A DNA stretch of 60,702 nucleotides from a candidate division WOR-3 bacterium (GTDB lineage Bacteria; Hydrothermota; Hydrothermia; LBFQ01). The stretch lies in NCBI GenBank assembly GCA_015490465.1, contig WFXS01000042.1:1-60702 (forward strand), given 5' to 3'. Position numbers and translations under genes: made by a program. Positions 9,903 to 19,195 of the stretch are shown here, in pieces. Within the stretch, counting starts at the first letter, position 1; every line of letters begins with the position of its first letter. The notes under the pieces were generated by a model. That model did not search any database, was not told the DNA's origin, and saw only the letters and a list, made by a program, of their open reading frames with translations.

Positions 9903-10603
9903 TCAGCGTGCTGCAGCTGGTTGATCATTATCAGCAAGCGGCGGGCGGCGACGTCTACAGTGGCGATGATCCTCTCGGCGGTATTGGTGACGTAGTTGTA
10001 TACGGCTATGGAGATCATGGCTATGATGAGTCCCCACCAGGTCGTCACCAGAGCCGTGGATATACCCTTACCCACGACCTCAGCACCACCCGTACCGCTT
10101 ACGGCTATCTGGTGGAAAGCGTCAATCAGTCCGTCCACCGTACCGAACAGTCCGAGGAGCGGTGCCACGGCGATTATGGTACCGAGGGCGGTGGTGAACC
10201 TCAGGAGCTTGAACCTCTCAAACGTCATAACGGAGTCCATCATGTCGTAGATCTGATCCAGAGGCAGGTGGATGTTCTCAAGCCCGGCCTTCAGGGTGTT
10301 GTGCAGGGGATGATCCACGCGGTTGAGGTAGGAGATGGCCCCCTCTATCTCTCCGCTCTCAAGGTAGGCCTGGATGTCGGCGAGGACCTTGTTGTGGTTG
10401 AAGGAGGACTTGCGGTAGATGTACCATATCCTCTCCGCGGAGAGTACGATCGTCACGAAGAAGGTGATGAGGAGCAAGACCATCGTGAGGTTGTCAAAGA
10501 ACCCCATGAAGGTCACTACGCCGTCTACCACGGCGTAAAGCCTGAACATATTCAGGATGTTGAAACCCTCCTGAACCGCCGGTAGCGCCATAAGCATTTC
10601 CAT
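9899..10603 (-). CDS. exbB: MotA/TolQ/ExbB proton-channel protein
   Basis: The protein is 234 aa. 'LGTIIAVAPLLGLFGTVDGLIDAF...GKGISTALVTTWWGLIIAMISIAVYNY' is the canonical ExbB/TolQ TM2-TM3 signature. Confidence 0.85.
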   Translation of the reverse strand: MEMLMALPAVQEGFNILNMFRLYAVVDGVVTFMGFFDNLTMVLLLITFFVTIVLSAERIWYIYRKSSFNHNKVLADIQAYLESGEIEGAISYLNRVDHPLHNTLKAGLENIHLPLDQIYDMMDSVMTFERFKLLRFTTALGTIIAVAPLLGLFGTVDGLIDAFHQIAVSGTGGAEVVGKGISTALVTTWWGLIIAMISIAVYNYVTNTAERIIATVDVAARRLLIMINQLQHAE

Positions 10604-10625
10604 GGTCTTTTCCCTCCTTTTTTCC

Positions 10626-13190
10626 TTACTGTGGCAAGCTCTTCAAAAGGTCGCGCATCTGCTGGGCCTCCGTGGCCCTGCCCTGCTGCTCGTAGAGGTC
10701 GGCAGCCTGTCTGAGAGAAGCGGCAGCGTTCCTCACGTCCCCCAGCTCTATGTACGCGGCACCCATTATACGGTAGGCGTCCGGTGCCTTCTGGCTGTTG
10801 GGGAACCTCTTAACGAACTCCTTGGCGGCGTCTATGGCCTGAGCGTACTCCTTAACGGCAAGGTAGGCCGAGGCGAGGTAGAACATCACGTCCTCTATGT
10901 GCTGTCCGTCGGGGAAGAAGTCCCTGTACTTCTTGAAGGCCTCTATGGCCTCGCGGGCCTTCTTGTTCTTGAGGTAGAGCGATCCAGCGTAGAAGAGGGC
11001 CTCCTCCGCCTTACTGCTCCTGGGATAGGTGTTACCCATCTCAAAGAAGATATCCGCGGCCTTCAGCTCGTCTCCGGCCTGCATGGCGTCCGCAGCGGAC
11101 TTGTAAAGGGCGAGGGCGGCGACTTCGCTGTTGGGCAGTTTCTCTGTCATCTCGGTTATACGCTCAGGGTTCTCCTCAACTATCTTGAAGTACACACGCT
11201 CAAGACCCTTCTTGGCCGTCACGGCGACGTCGCTGTCGGGGAACTGGGACAGTATGGTTTCGTACTCCTGACGGGCTTCGTCCCAGGCCTGCTTACCCTC
11301 GTAGCTCTCTGCTATCCAGAGGTGGGCCTGAGGTATACCCTCGTGATCCGGACAATGCTCAAGGAACCACCTCAGACGGGCTATGGCGTTGTCCCACTCA
11401 CCGGCCATGCGGTATATCTGTCCGGACTGGTAGGCGGCATCGCAGGCCTTGGGCTGATCCGGGTACTTCTGCATGGTGAGATCCCAGTTACGTACGGCAT
11501 CTCCGTAGGATTGCAGGGCCTTGGCGGCGTACCCGGAGTAATAGAGGGCCTGAGAGGCTACCTCGCTCCTCTCGGGTGCGAAGACGTATATCCCGTAGAA
11601 CTTGGCGAAAGCGTCCTGATACTGACCGAGGTTGAAGAGTACTACCCCGAGGCCGAGGTGGGTGGCTATGACGACGGAGGTGTCCGCGGACTGCCCCTGT
11701 ATGGACTCAAGGTAGGCCTTGGCGTCCTGCAGCCTGTCCTGATGTATGTATACCCATCCGAGGCCGAGACGAGAGAGTACGATTATGTCCCTGTGGAGAC
11801 CGGCGCGGAGGTTCATGTTGTACAGTTTTTCAGCATTGGCGTAATCACCCTTGTAGTAATGCGCCTCCGCCAGAGCGTGGACGAACCAGGAGTTCCAGAG
11901 GGTGAAGGTCGTATCCTTGGATACCTCCTCGTTGTAGAGGTTACCGCGGGCCATGGCGGCGTCAAACTCCCTCTGGTTTATGAGGGCGAATACCATAAGG
12001 GCCATGGCGGGCCTGCGGAAGAAGGACTTCTCGTAGTTCTCTATCAGGAACTGGTACTGCTCCATGGCGTCGGGGTACTTCTTGAGCAGGTAGTGGATGG
12101 ATCCGGTGAGATACTCGCTTATGCCCTGCTCCTCCTGTCCGAGGGGGAAGGAGGAGAGCTGGTTGGCCAGAAGGTAAGCGTTGGAGGTGTCTCCCTTGTA
12201 GTAGTAGGCCTGGGCCATACGCAGGAAGGATATGAAGGATACCACGTTGTCGTTAGCGCGGGCGCGGGCCGTCTGGTAGTACCTCAGGGCGTCGTCGTAG
12301 TCCTTGAGAACCATCTTTATGTTACCCACGAAGTAGGCGGCCAGACCGGCCAGTTCAAAGTTCCTCTTCTTGGTAAGGAGGGTGAGCTTCTCAAGGGCCT
12401 TTGGCAGGAGAGTGGTATCCTCCTTTCCACCCTCCCCCAGGGCCATACGGTACAGGGCTATGCCCCAGTAGTACTGGACGTAGTCGGAGAGTTTATGTCC
12501 GTGGAAACGCTCCGTGAAGACCTTCGCCAGCTCTGCCGTAGCCTTGTAGTCGCCGTACATGAAGTTGGCCTCAACCATACCGTAGTAGATCAGGGCCTCC
12601 TGAGGGGTCCCGGTGTACTCCTCAAGGAGCTCCTTGTATATGGCCACGGCGTCAAGCGGCCTCTTGAGTATGGAGAGGGAGCGGGCGTAGTAGAACTTGG
12701 CCTCTACAACGTGATCCTTGGCTTCGGCGAGCTTTTCGGACGCCTCAAGGAACTTACCCTCACGGTAAGATATGACCCCGTCAAGGAACTTCGTCCTCGG
12801 TGAGTTCTTGTAGTAGGGGTACTGCTGGAGGGCGAGGAGCTTCTGCTTTGCGAGGTTTATGTCTCCCTTTATGGCGTAGGCCAGGGCCACCTCGTAGGCT
12901 ATCTCCTGTTCAAGGTAGGTACCCTTTACCTCTTTCTCCTTGGAAAGCTTCTCCCACTCACGGATGGCCTTGTCAAACTTGCCCTGATTGTAGAGGGCCT
13001 CGGCTATCCGATACCTGACCTCTTTACCGAAGCCGTACTTGTACGCCGGGCGCAGTATCTTCTTGTAGATCCTCTCCGCCTTCCGGTAATCCCCCTTGCG
13101 GAAGAGTTCCTCCGCATCCTTGTGCGCCCTGTAAAAGTCCTTGTAGCTAAAGCCACCACCGAAAAGTCCTGCTACTATGAGCGTTATCAT
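10626..13190 (-). CDS. large TPR repeat protein
   Basis: The protein is 854 aa and is almost entirely 34-aa TPR-like repeats (AxxxYxxGxYxxAxxxFxxxxxxYPxS pattern throughout). It lies immediately upstream of exbB. Confidence 0.8.
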   Translation of the reverse strand: MITLIVAGLFGGGFSYKDFYRAHKDAEELFRKGDYRKAERIYKKILRPAYKYGFGKEVRYRIAEALYNQGKFDKAIREWEKLSKEKEVKGTYLEQEIAYEVALAYAIKGDINLAKQKLLALQQYPYYKNSPRTKFLDGVISYREGKFLEASEKLAEAKDHVVEAKFYYARSLSILKRPLDAVAIYKELLEEYTGTPQEALIYYGMVEANFMYGDYKATAELAKVFTERFHGHKLSDYVQYYWGIALYRMALGEGGKEDTTLLPKALEKLTLLTKKRNFELAGLAAYFVGNIKMVLKDYDDALRYYQTARARANDNVVSFISFLRMAQAYYYKGDTSNAYLLANQLSSFPLGQEEQGISEYLTGSIHYLLKKYPDAMEQYQFLIENYEKSFFRRPAMALMVFALINQREFDAAMARGNLYNEEVSKDTTFTLWNSWFVHALAEAHYYKGDYANAEKLYNMNLRAGLHRDIIVLSRLGLGWVYIHQDRLQDAKAYLESIQGQSADTSVVIATHLGLGVVLFNLGQYQDAFAKFYGIYVFAPERSEVASQALYYSGYAAKALQSYGDAVRNWDLTMQKYPDQPKACDAAYQSGQIYRMAGEWDNAIARLRWFLEHCPDHEGIPQAHLWIAESYEGKQAWDEARQEYETILSQFPDSDVAVTAKKGLERVYFKIVEENPERITEMTEKLPNSEVAALALYKSAADAMQAGDELKAADIFFEMGNTYPRSSKAEEALFYAGSLYLKNKKAREAIEAFKKYRDFFPDGQHIEDVMFYLASAYLAVKEYAQAIDAAKEFVKRFPNSQKAPDAYRIMGAAYIELGDVRNAAASLRQAADLYEQQGRATEAQQMRDLLKSLPQ

Positions 13191-13191
13191 C

Positions 13192-14448
13192 TTACCATAC
13201 CTCCCTTCTCTTAACCGTTACCAGATAACCTCCCCTCTCGTACTCCTCACCGCTTATGTCTATAACCTTGTAGTAGTAGTAGTAGTTTCCGGGGGGTACT
13301 ATGCGGCCGGCGTCGTCCCTGCCGTCCCACTCTATGCGGATGGGAGGCTCACCCTCCCCGTAGAAGGTGCGCACCACCTCTCCGCTCTGCTTCTTGATTA
13401 TGAGCTCCCACTCCTCAACCTCCTGACGGGGGAAGGTGTGGAGGTAGAGGAAGGTTATGTTGCTCTCACCTTCGGCCGGGGATATGAGTTTGGGGTCGGA
13501 GGATACCCAGACCCGGTACCCGCCGAACTTGATGGACGTGGAGAACTGCATGTAGTCGTCAAACGCCCCGTTGGAGGCGTAGTTAAACGTATAGTTTCCG
13601 TCTATACGGAAGATTATATCCCTGATGGTGAACTCAAAGCTCCCCCCACCCGTCACCTCCTCGTTGTTTATGCCACCCCTGACGTACAGGAAGGAGAGGA
13701 GCCTCGCCTCACCGCCGCCGTAGAACTTAAATCCGTTGTAGTAGGTGGAATATGCGGCGTCAACCACCACCTTTACCCAGTTGAAAGGTCTGAGGCCCAG
13801 ACCGAACCTCCAGATCTGGGGGTAGGAGACCTCACTGTCGTAGAAGGTGTACTTGGGAGGGATGAAGTGCTGTCCGACGAGACCGAAGGAGAAGTACCGG
13901 TTGGGCTTGAACATCATACCTATGTTCAGACCGGCACTCGCGGGTGAGGACTGGTATATACGGTGATACACGAACTCAAGGGAGGCACCGATGGATATGG
14001 CTCTTGAGAAGGACTTGGAATAACCCAGAATTCCGGCGTTATAGGGAGGAGCATCGTCGCTACCGGGGAATATGGCGTATGACTGAACTGAGTCCAGACA
14101 CACGGGGCCGTCCCAGTTGGAACATACGAGGGAGTCAACGAACCGGGCGGAGGCGGGGGAGGAGAGCTGCATTACGGCCACACCGAAGCTTCCGAAGGTG
14201 GACGTGGGGAAGGTGAAGGCGGCGTAGTAGTACTGGAACCCCGTTACGGGGAGCTGGAAGTAACCTCCGGAGAAGTTCACCCTCTGGAGGAAGGCCAGAG
14301 CTCCGGGGTTAAAGTAGACGGCCTCCACGTCGTCCGACAGACCCGTGAAGGCTCTACCGAAACCGTAGGGCCTAGCCCCTATGGCGTACGAATAGATGTA
14401 GCCCGGTATTCCACCGGTACCCATCTGAGCAAAGAGCAGGATAGTCAT
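13192..14448 (-). CDS. PorV/PorQ-like outer-membrane beta-barrel protein fused to a C-terminal FlgD-Ig-like domain
   Basis: The protein is 418 aa. The N-terminal 'GARPYGFGRAFTGLSDDVEAVYFNPGALAFL' is the PorV/PorQ (UPF0164-like) motif. The body has an alternating aromatic beta-barrel pattern. The C-terminal 'WELIIKKQSGEVVRTFYGEGEPPIRIEWDGRDDAGRIVPPGNYYYYYKV' is FlgD-Ig-like. Confidence 0.6.
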   Translation of the reverse strand: MTILLFAQMGTGGIPGYIYSYAIGARPYGFGRAFTGLSDDVEAVYFNPGALAFLQRVNFSGGYFQLPVTGFQYYYAAFTFPTSTFGSFGVAVMQLSSPASARFVDSLVCSNWDGPVCLDSVQSYAIFPGSDDAPPYNAGILGYSKSFSRAISIGASLEFVYHRIYQSSPASAGLNIGMMFKPNRYFSFGLVGQHFIPPKYTFYDSEVSYPQIWRFGLGLRPFNWVKVVVDAAYSTYYNGFKFYGGGEARLLSFLYVRGGINNEEVTGGGSFEFTIRDIIFRIDGNYTFNYASNGAFDDYMQFSTSIKFGGYRVWVSSDPKLISPAEGESNITFLYLHTFPRQEVEEWELIIKKQSGEVVRTFYGEGEPPIRIEWDGRDDAGRIVPPGNYYYYYKVIDISGEEYERGGYLVTVKRREVW

Positions 14449-14454
14449 TTTCCC

Positions 14455-15003
14455 TTACCTCGCCTTTGGTGGTACCTTTACAAGAATGTACTGCTGGCGC
14501 GCGGCTCCTCCGAGCGTTCCCCCTGCGAGGCGCCTGAGGATTGCGAGATATACGCCGGGGCTTACGGGCTTTCCGGCCGAGTTGTACCCGTACCACGTGT
14601 AGGTACACTCCCTGACGTGGGGATCGGTCACGTTACGAGGCTCATCGCGGGGATACTCAAGTCTCCTGACGAGAACGCCGAAGGGGTCGTAGATTTCAAC
14701 GACGTCGGAAGGCTGGGTCTTGTAGAAGACGGCCGGTCGCGTCTCCCCGTTCGGAGTAAGGGCAACGACGCTGGGGAAAGCGAAGGCGTAGTAGGTGTTC
14801 CCGAGATCGTCCAGATTCAAGGCGTCCTTTGAAGGGATAGTTTTAGGCCATACGTCAGAGCAGGGCCCAGTCTCCGGACCACTATCCTGAGCGTACAGTG
14901 TTGCACCCGCTATAGTCAGCACAACCGCGACAAAGATCTTCATTAAACCTTTCATTTTCAACGGGTATTTTAAGGCTTGAACGTACATGGTGTTCCCCTT
15001 CAT
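14455..15003 (-). CDS. secreted hypothetical protein with an FlgD-Ig/T9SS-CTD-like C-terminus
   Basis: The ORF is 182 aa. The likely real start is the internal Met at nt 14955, which gives the signal peptide MKGLMKIFVAVVLTIAGATLYAQ. The C-terminus is 'YTWYGYNSAGKPVSPGVYLAILRR'. Confidence 0.45.
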   Translation of the reverse strand: MKGNTMYVQALKYPLKMKGLMKIFVAVVLTIAGATLYAQDSGPETGPCSDVWPKTIPSKDALNLDDLGNTYYAFAFPSVVALTPNGETRPAVFYKTQPSDVVEIYDPFGVLVRRLEYPRDEPRNVTDPHVRECTYTWYGYNSAGKPVSPGVYLAILRRLAGGTLGGAARQQYILVKVPPKAR

Positions 15004-15512
15004 TTCAACAGTACGTTCCTCTTAAAACTTTCGTACTTACCCTTCTCTCCGAGCTTGTTTTCAAGCTCTAACACGAGCTTTTCCAGTTCCTTATAGTAGG
15101 GAGAGCCTTTCTTCACGGGTCGGGTTTGGTACTCGTTGTCCCACGGCCGTGGGCCAAGAACCTTTAGAACTCCCTGAACCTTTATGTAGTTCAAGGTGTC
15201 CCCTTCCACACGCCCCACGTACGCTGTCACCTTCATTTTGGCGTCCTTTACGCCGTCCCAGACGTAAACGCAGCAGGATATTCCCTTTTTAACGTGCTTC
15301 CAGTCGGTCTCTATTATTCCCTCGTCGGGGGAGAAGGTGGCCACGGCGTAGCCGTTGTTGTAGAGTACGGTTTTAAAGGTCTCTATTATGGAGTCTCTAC
15401 CGGCTTTGAAGCGCACCTCTATGATGTCGGGGTAGCCGGCCTTGGGCGGAAGGGTGGAACAGGCACCGAAAAAGAGCGATACACCCACACCTACGGTGAA
15501 CAACCTATGCAT
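15000..15512 (-). CDS. hypothetical lipoprotein
   Basis: The protein is 170 aa. It has a signal peptide plus lipobox, 'VGVSLFFGAC|S'. I recognise no family. Confidence 0.5.
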   Translation of the reverse strand: MHRLFTVGVGVSLFFGACSTLPPKAGYPDIIEVRFKAGRDSIIETFKTVLYNNGYAVATFSPDEGIIETDWKHVKKGISCCVYVWDGVKDAKMKVTAYVGRVEGDTLNYIKVQGVLKVLGPRPWDNEYQTRPVKKGSPYYKELEKLVLELENKLGEKGKYESFKRNVLLK

Positions 15513-15725
15513 AGATGGTATTATATGGGCAGAACATCTGTCGTGGGGGAAACAGTTGGAATAAGATATATGGAGTGCGGGTTCCTACCGCTTGGCTCAA
15601 ATATCGGAAATTTAACCGACCCGTACACAACAAAACCACTCTTAGGCGATAAAAATTTGTCCAGGCCTGTCCCGAGGGGGATATGTGAGTTGAGGCGAAT
15701 TCGCGTGCCTTAGAATAGGGGTGTG

Positions 15726-15878
15726 ATGGGAAGGATCGTAGAAATATTTGAAGGCGTTGCGCACCGCATATTCGGATTGGGAAGCGGTAAGGGGACGCAT
15801 ATATGTGCGATAGCAATGATGAGTATAGTGGTAATAGGGGTAGTAGCCATGTTATCCATCGTGGCTATAAGCAGGTAA
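15726..15878 (+). CDS. candidate small membrane protein (50 aa)
   Basis: I translated this myself from the 421-bp intergenic gap: MGRIVEIFEGVAHRIFGLGSGKGTHICAIAMMSIVVIGVVAMLSIVAISR*. It has a C-terminal TM-like helix. It is below the ORF-track size cutoff. I see no clear SD sequence. Confidence 0.2.
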   Translation: MGRIVEIFEGVAHRIFGLGSGKGTHICAIAMMSIVVIGVVAMLSIVAISR

Positions 15879-15933
15879 ACCGTAGCCCGTCGCTGGCCAA
15901 CGGCCCACCCCTACCCCTTTAAACTACTCCCCT

Positions 15934-17112
15934 ATGAAGAAGCCCGTAATTCTCTCAGGTGTAAGGACGCCAATCGGTAAGATACTCGGCAACCTGGCCA
16001 GTTTTAAGGCAACGGACCTCGGTGCCATAGTGATAAAGGAAGCCGTAAAGAGGGCCGGGGTGAAGCCGGAGGACATAGACGAGGTCATGATGGGGCAGGT
16101 GATACAGGGGGGAAGCGGACAGAACCCCGCCCGCCAGTCGGCAATAAAGGCCGGACTTCCCGTAGGTATACCCGCCGAGACCATAAACAAGGTGTGCGGT
16201 TCCGGTCTGGAGGCCGTAATGCAGATGGCCAGGGCCATAAAGGCAGGAGATATTAAACTGGCCGTGGCCGGAGGTCAGGAGTCCATGACCAACGCCCCCC
16301 ACGCCGCCCTCGTCCGTAAGGGGGTGAAGTACGGAACCCTGCCCATGGAGGACCTTATGATAAAAGATGGCCTGTGGGACGCCTTCAACGACGTCCATAT
16401 GGGCAACCTCGCCGAGTACACCGCCGAAAAGGCCGGGGTGACGAGGGAGGAGATGGATAAACTCGCCTACGAGAGCCACATGAAAGCCATAAGGGCTATA
16501 GACAACGGCTGGTTCAAGGAGGAGATAGTACCGATTGAGGTTAAGACAAAGAAAGGCTCCTTCGTCGTGGATACGGACGAGACTCCCCGCAGGGACACCT
16601 CCCTTGAGAAGCTGGCCAAACTGCCCCCCGCCTTCCAGAAGGACGGTAAGGTAACGGCCGGGAACGCCCCTCCCCTATCCGACGGCGCCGCAGCGCTGGT
16701 CGTAGCGGAGGAGGAGTGGGCGAAGGCCAACGGCTTCAAGCCTGTAGCCCGCATTCTGGCCTACGCGAGCGGCTTCACAGATCCGAAAGACCTCTTCTTT
16801 GCCCCACCCATAGCCATAAAGAAGGTGATGGATCAGATAGGTATTAAGGATATAAACGAGTTTGACCTGATAGAGATAAACGAGGCCTTCGCGGCGCAGG
16901 TTCTGGCCGACTACAAGAAGATGCCGTGGGACTGGAGCAAGTTCAACGTCCACGGTGGGGCGATAGCACTCGGCCACCCCATAGGAGCATCGGGGGCGAG
17001 GATACTCGTAACCCTCATCCACGCCCTCAAACGTACCGGAGGTAAGCTGGGTCTGGCGGCCCTGTGCCTCGGTGGAGGTGGATCCGTGGCCATGGCCATA
17101 GAGATGTTATAA
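15934..17112 (+). CDS. acetyl-CoA C-acetyltransferase (thiolase II)
   Basis: The protein is 392 aa. It has 'NKVCGSGLEAV' (active-site Cys), 'NVHGGAIALGHPIGASGARILVTL' and 'GLAALCLGGGGSVAMAIE'. Confidence 0.93.
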   Translation: MKKPVILSGVRTPIGKILGNLASFKATDLGAIVIKEAVKRAGVKPEDIDEVMMGQVIQGGSGQNPARQSAIKAGLPVGIPAETINKVCGSGLEAVMQMARAIKAGDIKLAVAGGQESMTNAPHAALVRKGVKYGTLPMEDLMIKDGLWDAFNDVHMGNLAEYTAEKAGVTREEMDKLAYESHMKAIRAIDNGWFKEEIVPIEVKTKKGSFVVDTDETPRRDTSLEKLAKLPPAFQKDGKVTAGNAPPLSDGAAALVVAEEEWAKANGFKPVARILAYASGFTDPKDLFFAPPIAIKKVMDQIGIKDINEFDLIEINEAFAAQVLADYKKMPWDWSKFNVHGGAIALGHPIGASGARILVTLIHALKRTGGKLGLAALCLGGGGSVAMAIEML

Positions 17113-17121
17113 ACGGTACGG

Positions 17122-17829
17122 TTAACCGGCAGATAGACCCGTTTCCCTGAGGGCGTGGAGGGTTTCCTCTAAAGCCTCCACCCACTCGTCTATGCCCTCG
17201 CCCGTCTTTGCGGACGTTCTGAACACCCGCAGGTCGGGACGGAGTCTCCTCGCCTCCTCTATCACCTTTTCGGGTGAAAAGTCAAAGTAGGGGAGGAGGT
17301 CCATCTTCGTAAGGACGAGCCATCGGGAGGTCATGAAGGCTTTGGGGTACTTGGCCGGCTTGTCGTCCCCCTCGGGTACGGAGATGAGGACGACCCTTAG
17401 ATGCTCCCCAAGGTCAAATCCGGCCGGACATATCAGGTTCCCCACGTTCTCTATGAACAGGAAGTCCCAGTCCTCCCCGGACACCTCCTCCCACGCCCGC
17501 ATCACCATGTTGGCCTCAAGGTGGCACGTCCCACCCGTGGTTATCTGGACGGCCTCAACACCCTTCGCCCTTATCCTCTCGGCGTCCCTCTCCGTGTCTA
17601 TGTCCCCCTCCAAGACGAGGACGCGGTACTTATCCTTCAGGGCCTCAACCGTCCTCTCAAGCAGGGCGGTCTTTCCGGAGCCGGGAGAGGAGAGGAGGTT
17701 TACGACCAGTATCCCCCTGTCCTTCCATTCTCTGCGGAGCGTCTCGGCCAGCATATCGTTGGCCCTTAACACTTCCCGTTTAACGTCAACCTTTATCCTC
17801 TTCATGGTCTTCCGGTACATCAAGCTCAA
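17122..17829 (-). CDS. hypB: hydrogenase nickel-incorporation GTPase HypB
   Basis: The ORF is 235 aa. It has the P-loop 'SSPGSGKTALLE', 'CHLEANMV', 'ENVGNLICPAGFDLGE' and 'LTKMDL'. The start may be the internal Met at nt 17805. Confidence 0.9.
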   Translation of the reverse strand: MSLMYRKTMKRIKVDVKREVLRANDMLAETLRREWKDRGILVVNLLSSPGSGKTALLERTVEALKDKYRVLVLEGDIDTERDAERIRAKGVEAVQITTGGTCHLEANMVMRAWEEVSGEDWDFLFIENVGNLICPAGFDLGEHLRVVLISVPEGDDKPAKYPKAFMTSRWLVLTKMDLLPYFDFSPEKVIEEARRLRPDLRVFRTSAKTGEGIDEWVEALEETLHALRETGLSAG

Positions 17830-18160
17830 CGTCCCTTAGGAGAATATCCTCCCCGTCTATCACCCTGACGATGGCAGATCCGCACTCCGGACAGGCTACC
17901 GTCCTGTCCCTCCACGGGCCGGTGTATCCGCACTCAAGGCACATCAATGTGAGGGGTACGATCTCGTACTCCATCCTTGCGTCCTTCAGGAGCGGTTCGG
18001 CGGCCTTCAGGACCTTAAAGGCGTCCTCAAGGAGTTCGGGGACGACGTTGGCCATCTCCCCTATCTCCAGTTTGAAGCTTACGACCCTCCTCGCCCCGTA
18101 CTGACGGGCCACCCTCTCAAGGGAGAGGTATATGGCCTGGAGGATGGTTAGCTCGTGCAT
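17786..18160 (-). CDS. hypA: hydrogenase maturation nickel metallochaperone HypA
   Basis: The protein is 124 aa. It has the N-terminal 'MHELTI' and the zinc site 'CLECG...CPECG'. Confidence 0.85.
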   Translation of the reverse strand: MHELTILQAIYLSLERVARQYGARRVVSFKLEIGEMANVVPELLEDAFKVLKAAEPLLKDARMEYEIVPLTLMCLECGYTGPWRDRTVACPECGSAIVRVIDGEDILLRDVELDVPEDHEEDKG

Positions 18161-19194
18161 CAGCAGATCCTCGGCAGTTGCTCCCCGGAGAGCATATCCA
18201 CCACCCTCGTCCCCCCCATCCAGGTCCTCATAACGACCGTTCCGGAGTGTTCTTCCACCACCTCCCCTATCACCTCCGCCCCCTCACCTCCGGGTACCCT
18301 CCTCAAGGCGTTCAGGACGTCATCGGCCACATCCGGGGACACGAAGGATAGAAATCTCCCCTCGTTCGCCACGTAGAGGGGGTCAAGGCCGAGTATCTCG
18401 CAGGCCCCCCTCACCTCCTCCCTTACGGGTATCCTCTCCTCCTCTATCACTATACCGACACCGGCGGATCTGGCCACCTCGTTTAAGACGGTGGCGACCC
18501 CCCCGCGGGTGGCGTCCCGTAGCATATGTATGGCAGGCCCCCCCACCTTCAGGATGGCCTCAACCAACGGCCATAGGTTCATCGTGTCGCTCTTCAGGGG
18601 AGTTTCAAACTCCAGACCCTCCCTGACGGACATTATCGCTATTCCGTGTTCCCCTATGTGGCCGCTAAGGATTACCTTATCCCCCACCTTGACGTTGGAT
18701 GGGGATACATCAACCCCCTCAAGGACCTCCCCTATTCCGGTCGTGTTGATGAATATACCGTCCCCCTTCCCCTTCTCCACCACCTTTACGTCTCCGGAGA
18801 CCACCTCCACACCGGCCTCGTCCGCCCGCACCTTTACCGTGGTCAGTATCTCCCAGAGGTCCTTCAACAGGAAGCCCTCCTCAATTATCAGGGACAGGGT
18901 TATGAAGCGGGGTCTGGCCCCGCACATGGCGAGATCGTTGACCGTCCCGTTTACGGCGAGGTCGCCGATGTTCCCGCCGGGGAAGAAGACGGGGGAGACG
19001 ACGAAGCTGTCCGTTGAGACGGCCACCCGTCCCTCAAGTTTCAGTATGGCGCCGTCGTGGAGCTGCCGGAGGTACTCGTTGTCAAAGAGGGGGGCTATTA
19101 TCTTGGATATCAGCCTGTGGGTCATCCTGCCCCCGCCACCGTGGGCGAGGGTCACCCTGTCGTACTCCCCTATGGGTACGGGACACTCAAACAT
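18160..19194 (-). CDS. hypE: hydrogenase expression/formation protein HypE
   Basis: The protein is 344 aa with a PurM-like fold pattern. It has 'LAHGGGG' and the diagnostic C-terminal 'PRIC'. Confidence 0.92.
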   Translation of the reverse strand: MFECPVPIGEYDRVTLAHGGGGRMTHRLISKIIAPLFDNEYLRQLHDGAILKLEGRVAVSTDSFVVSPVFFPGGNIGDLAVNGTVNDLAMCGARPRFITLSLIIEEGFLLKDLWEILTTVKVRADEAGVEVVSGDVKVVEKGKGDGIFINTTGIGEVLEGVDVSPSNVKVGDKVILSGHIGEHGIAIMSVREGLEFETPLKSDTMNLWPLVEAILKVGGPAIHMLRDATRGGVATVLNEVARSAGVGIVIEEERIPVREEVRGACEILGLDPLYVANEGRFLSFVSPDVADDVLNALRRVPGGEGAEVIGEVVEEHSGTVVMRTWMGGTRVVDMLSGEQLPRIC

Positions 19195-19195
19195 A

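Noticed and set aside
10602-12803. A 733-aa stop-free ORF on the plus strand, antisense to the 854-aa TPR gene. Similar long antisense ORFs occur at 18491..20230, 49942..51168, 51361..52395, 23213..24166, 13177..13947, 9893..10585, 6980..7843, 33757..34389 and 57999..58589.
   Set aside because: These are in-phase shadow ORFs. The sense genes avoid TTA, CTA and TCA codons, so the complementary frame lacks stops. The translations are Val/Leu/Gly/His-rich and show no motifs, whereas every sense-strand partner has clear family signatures.
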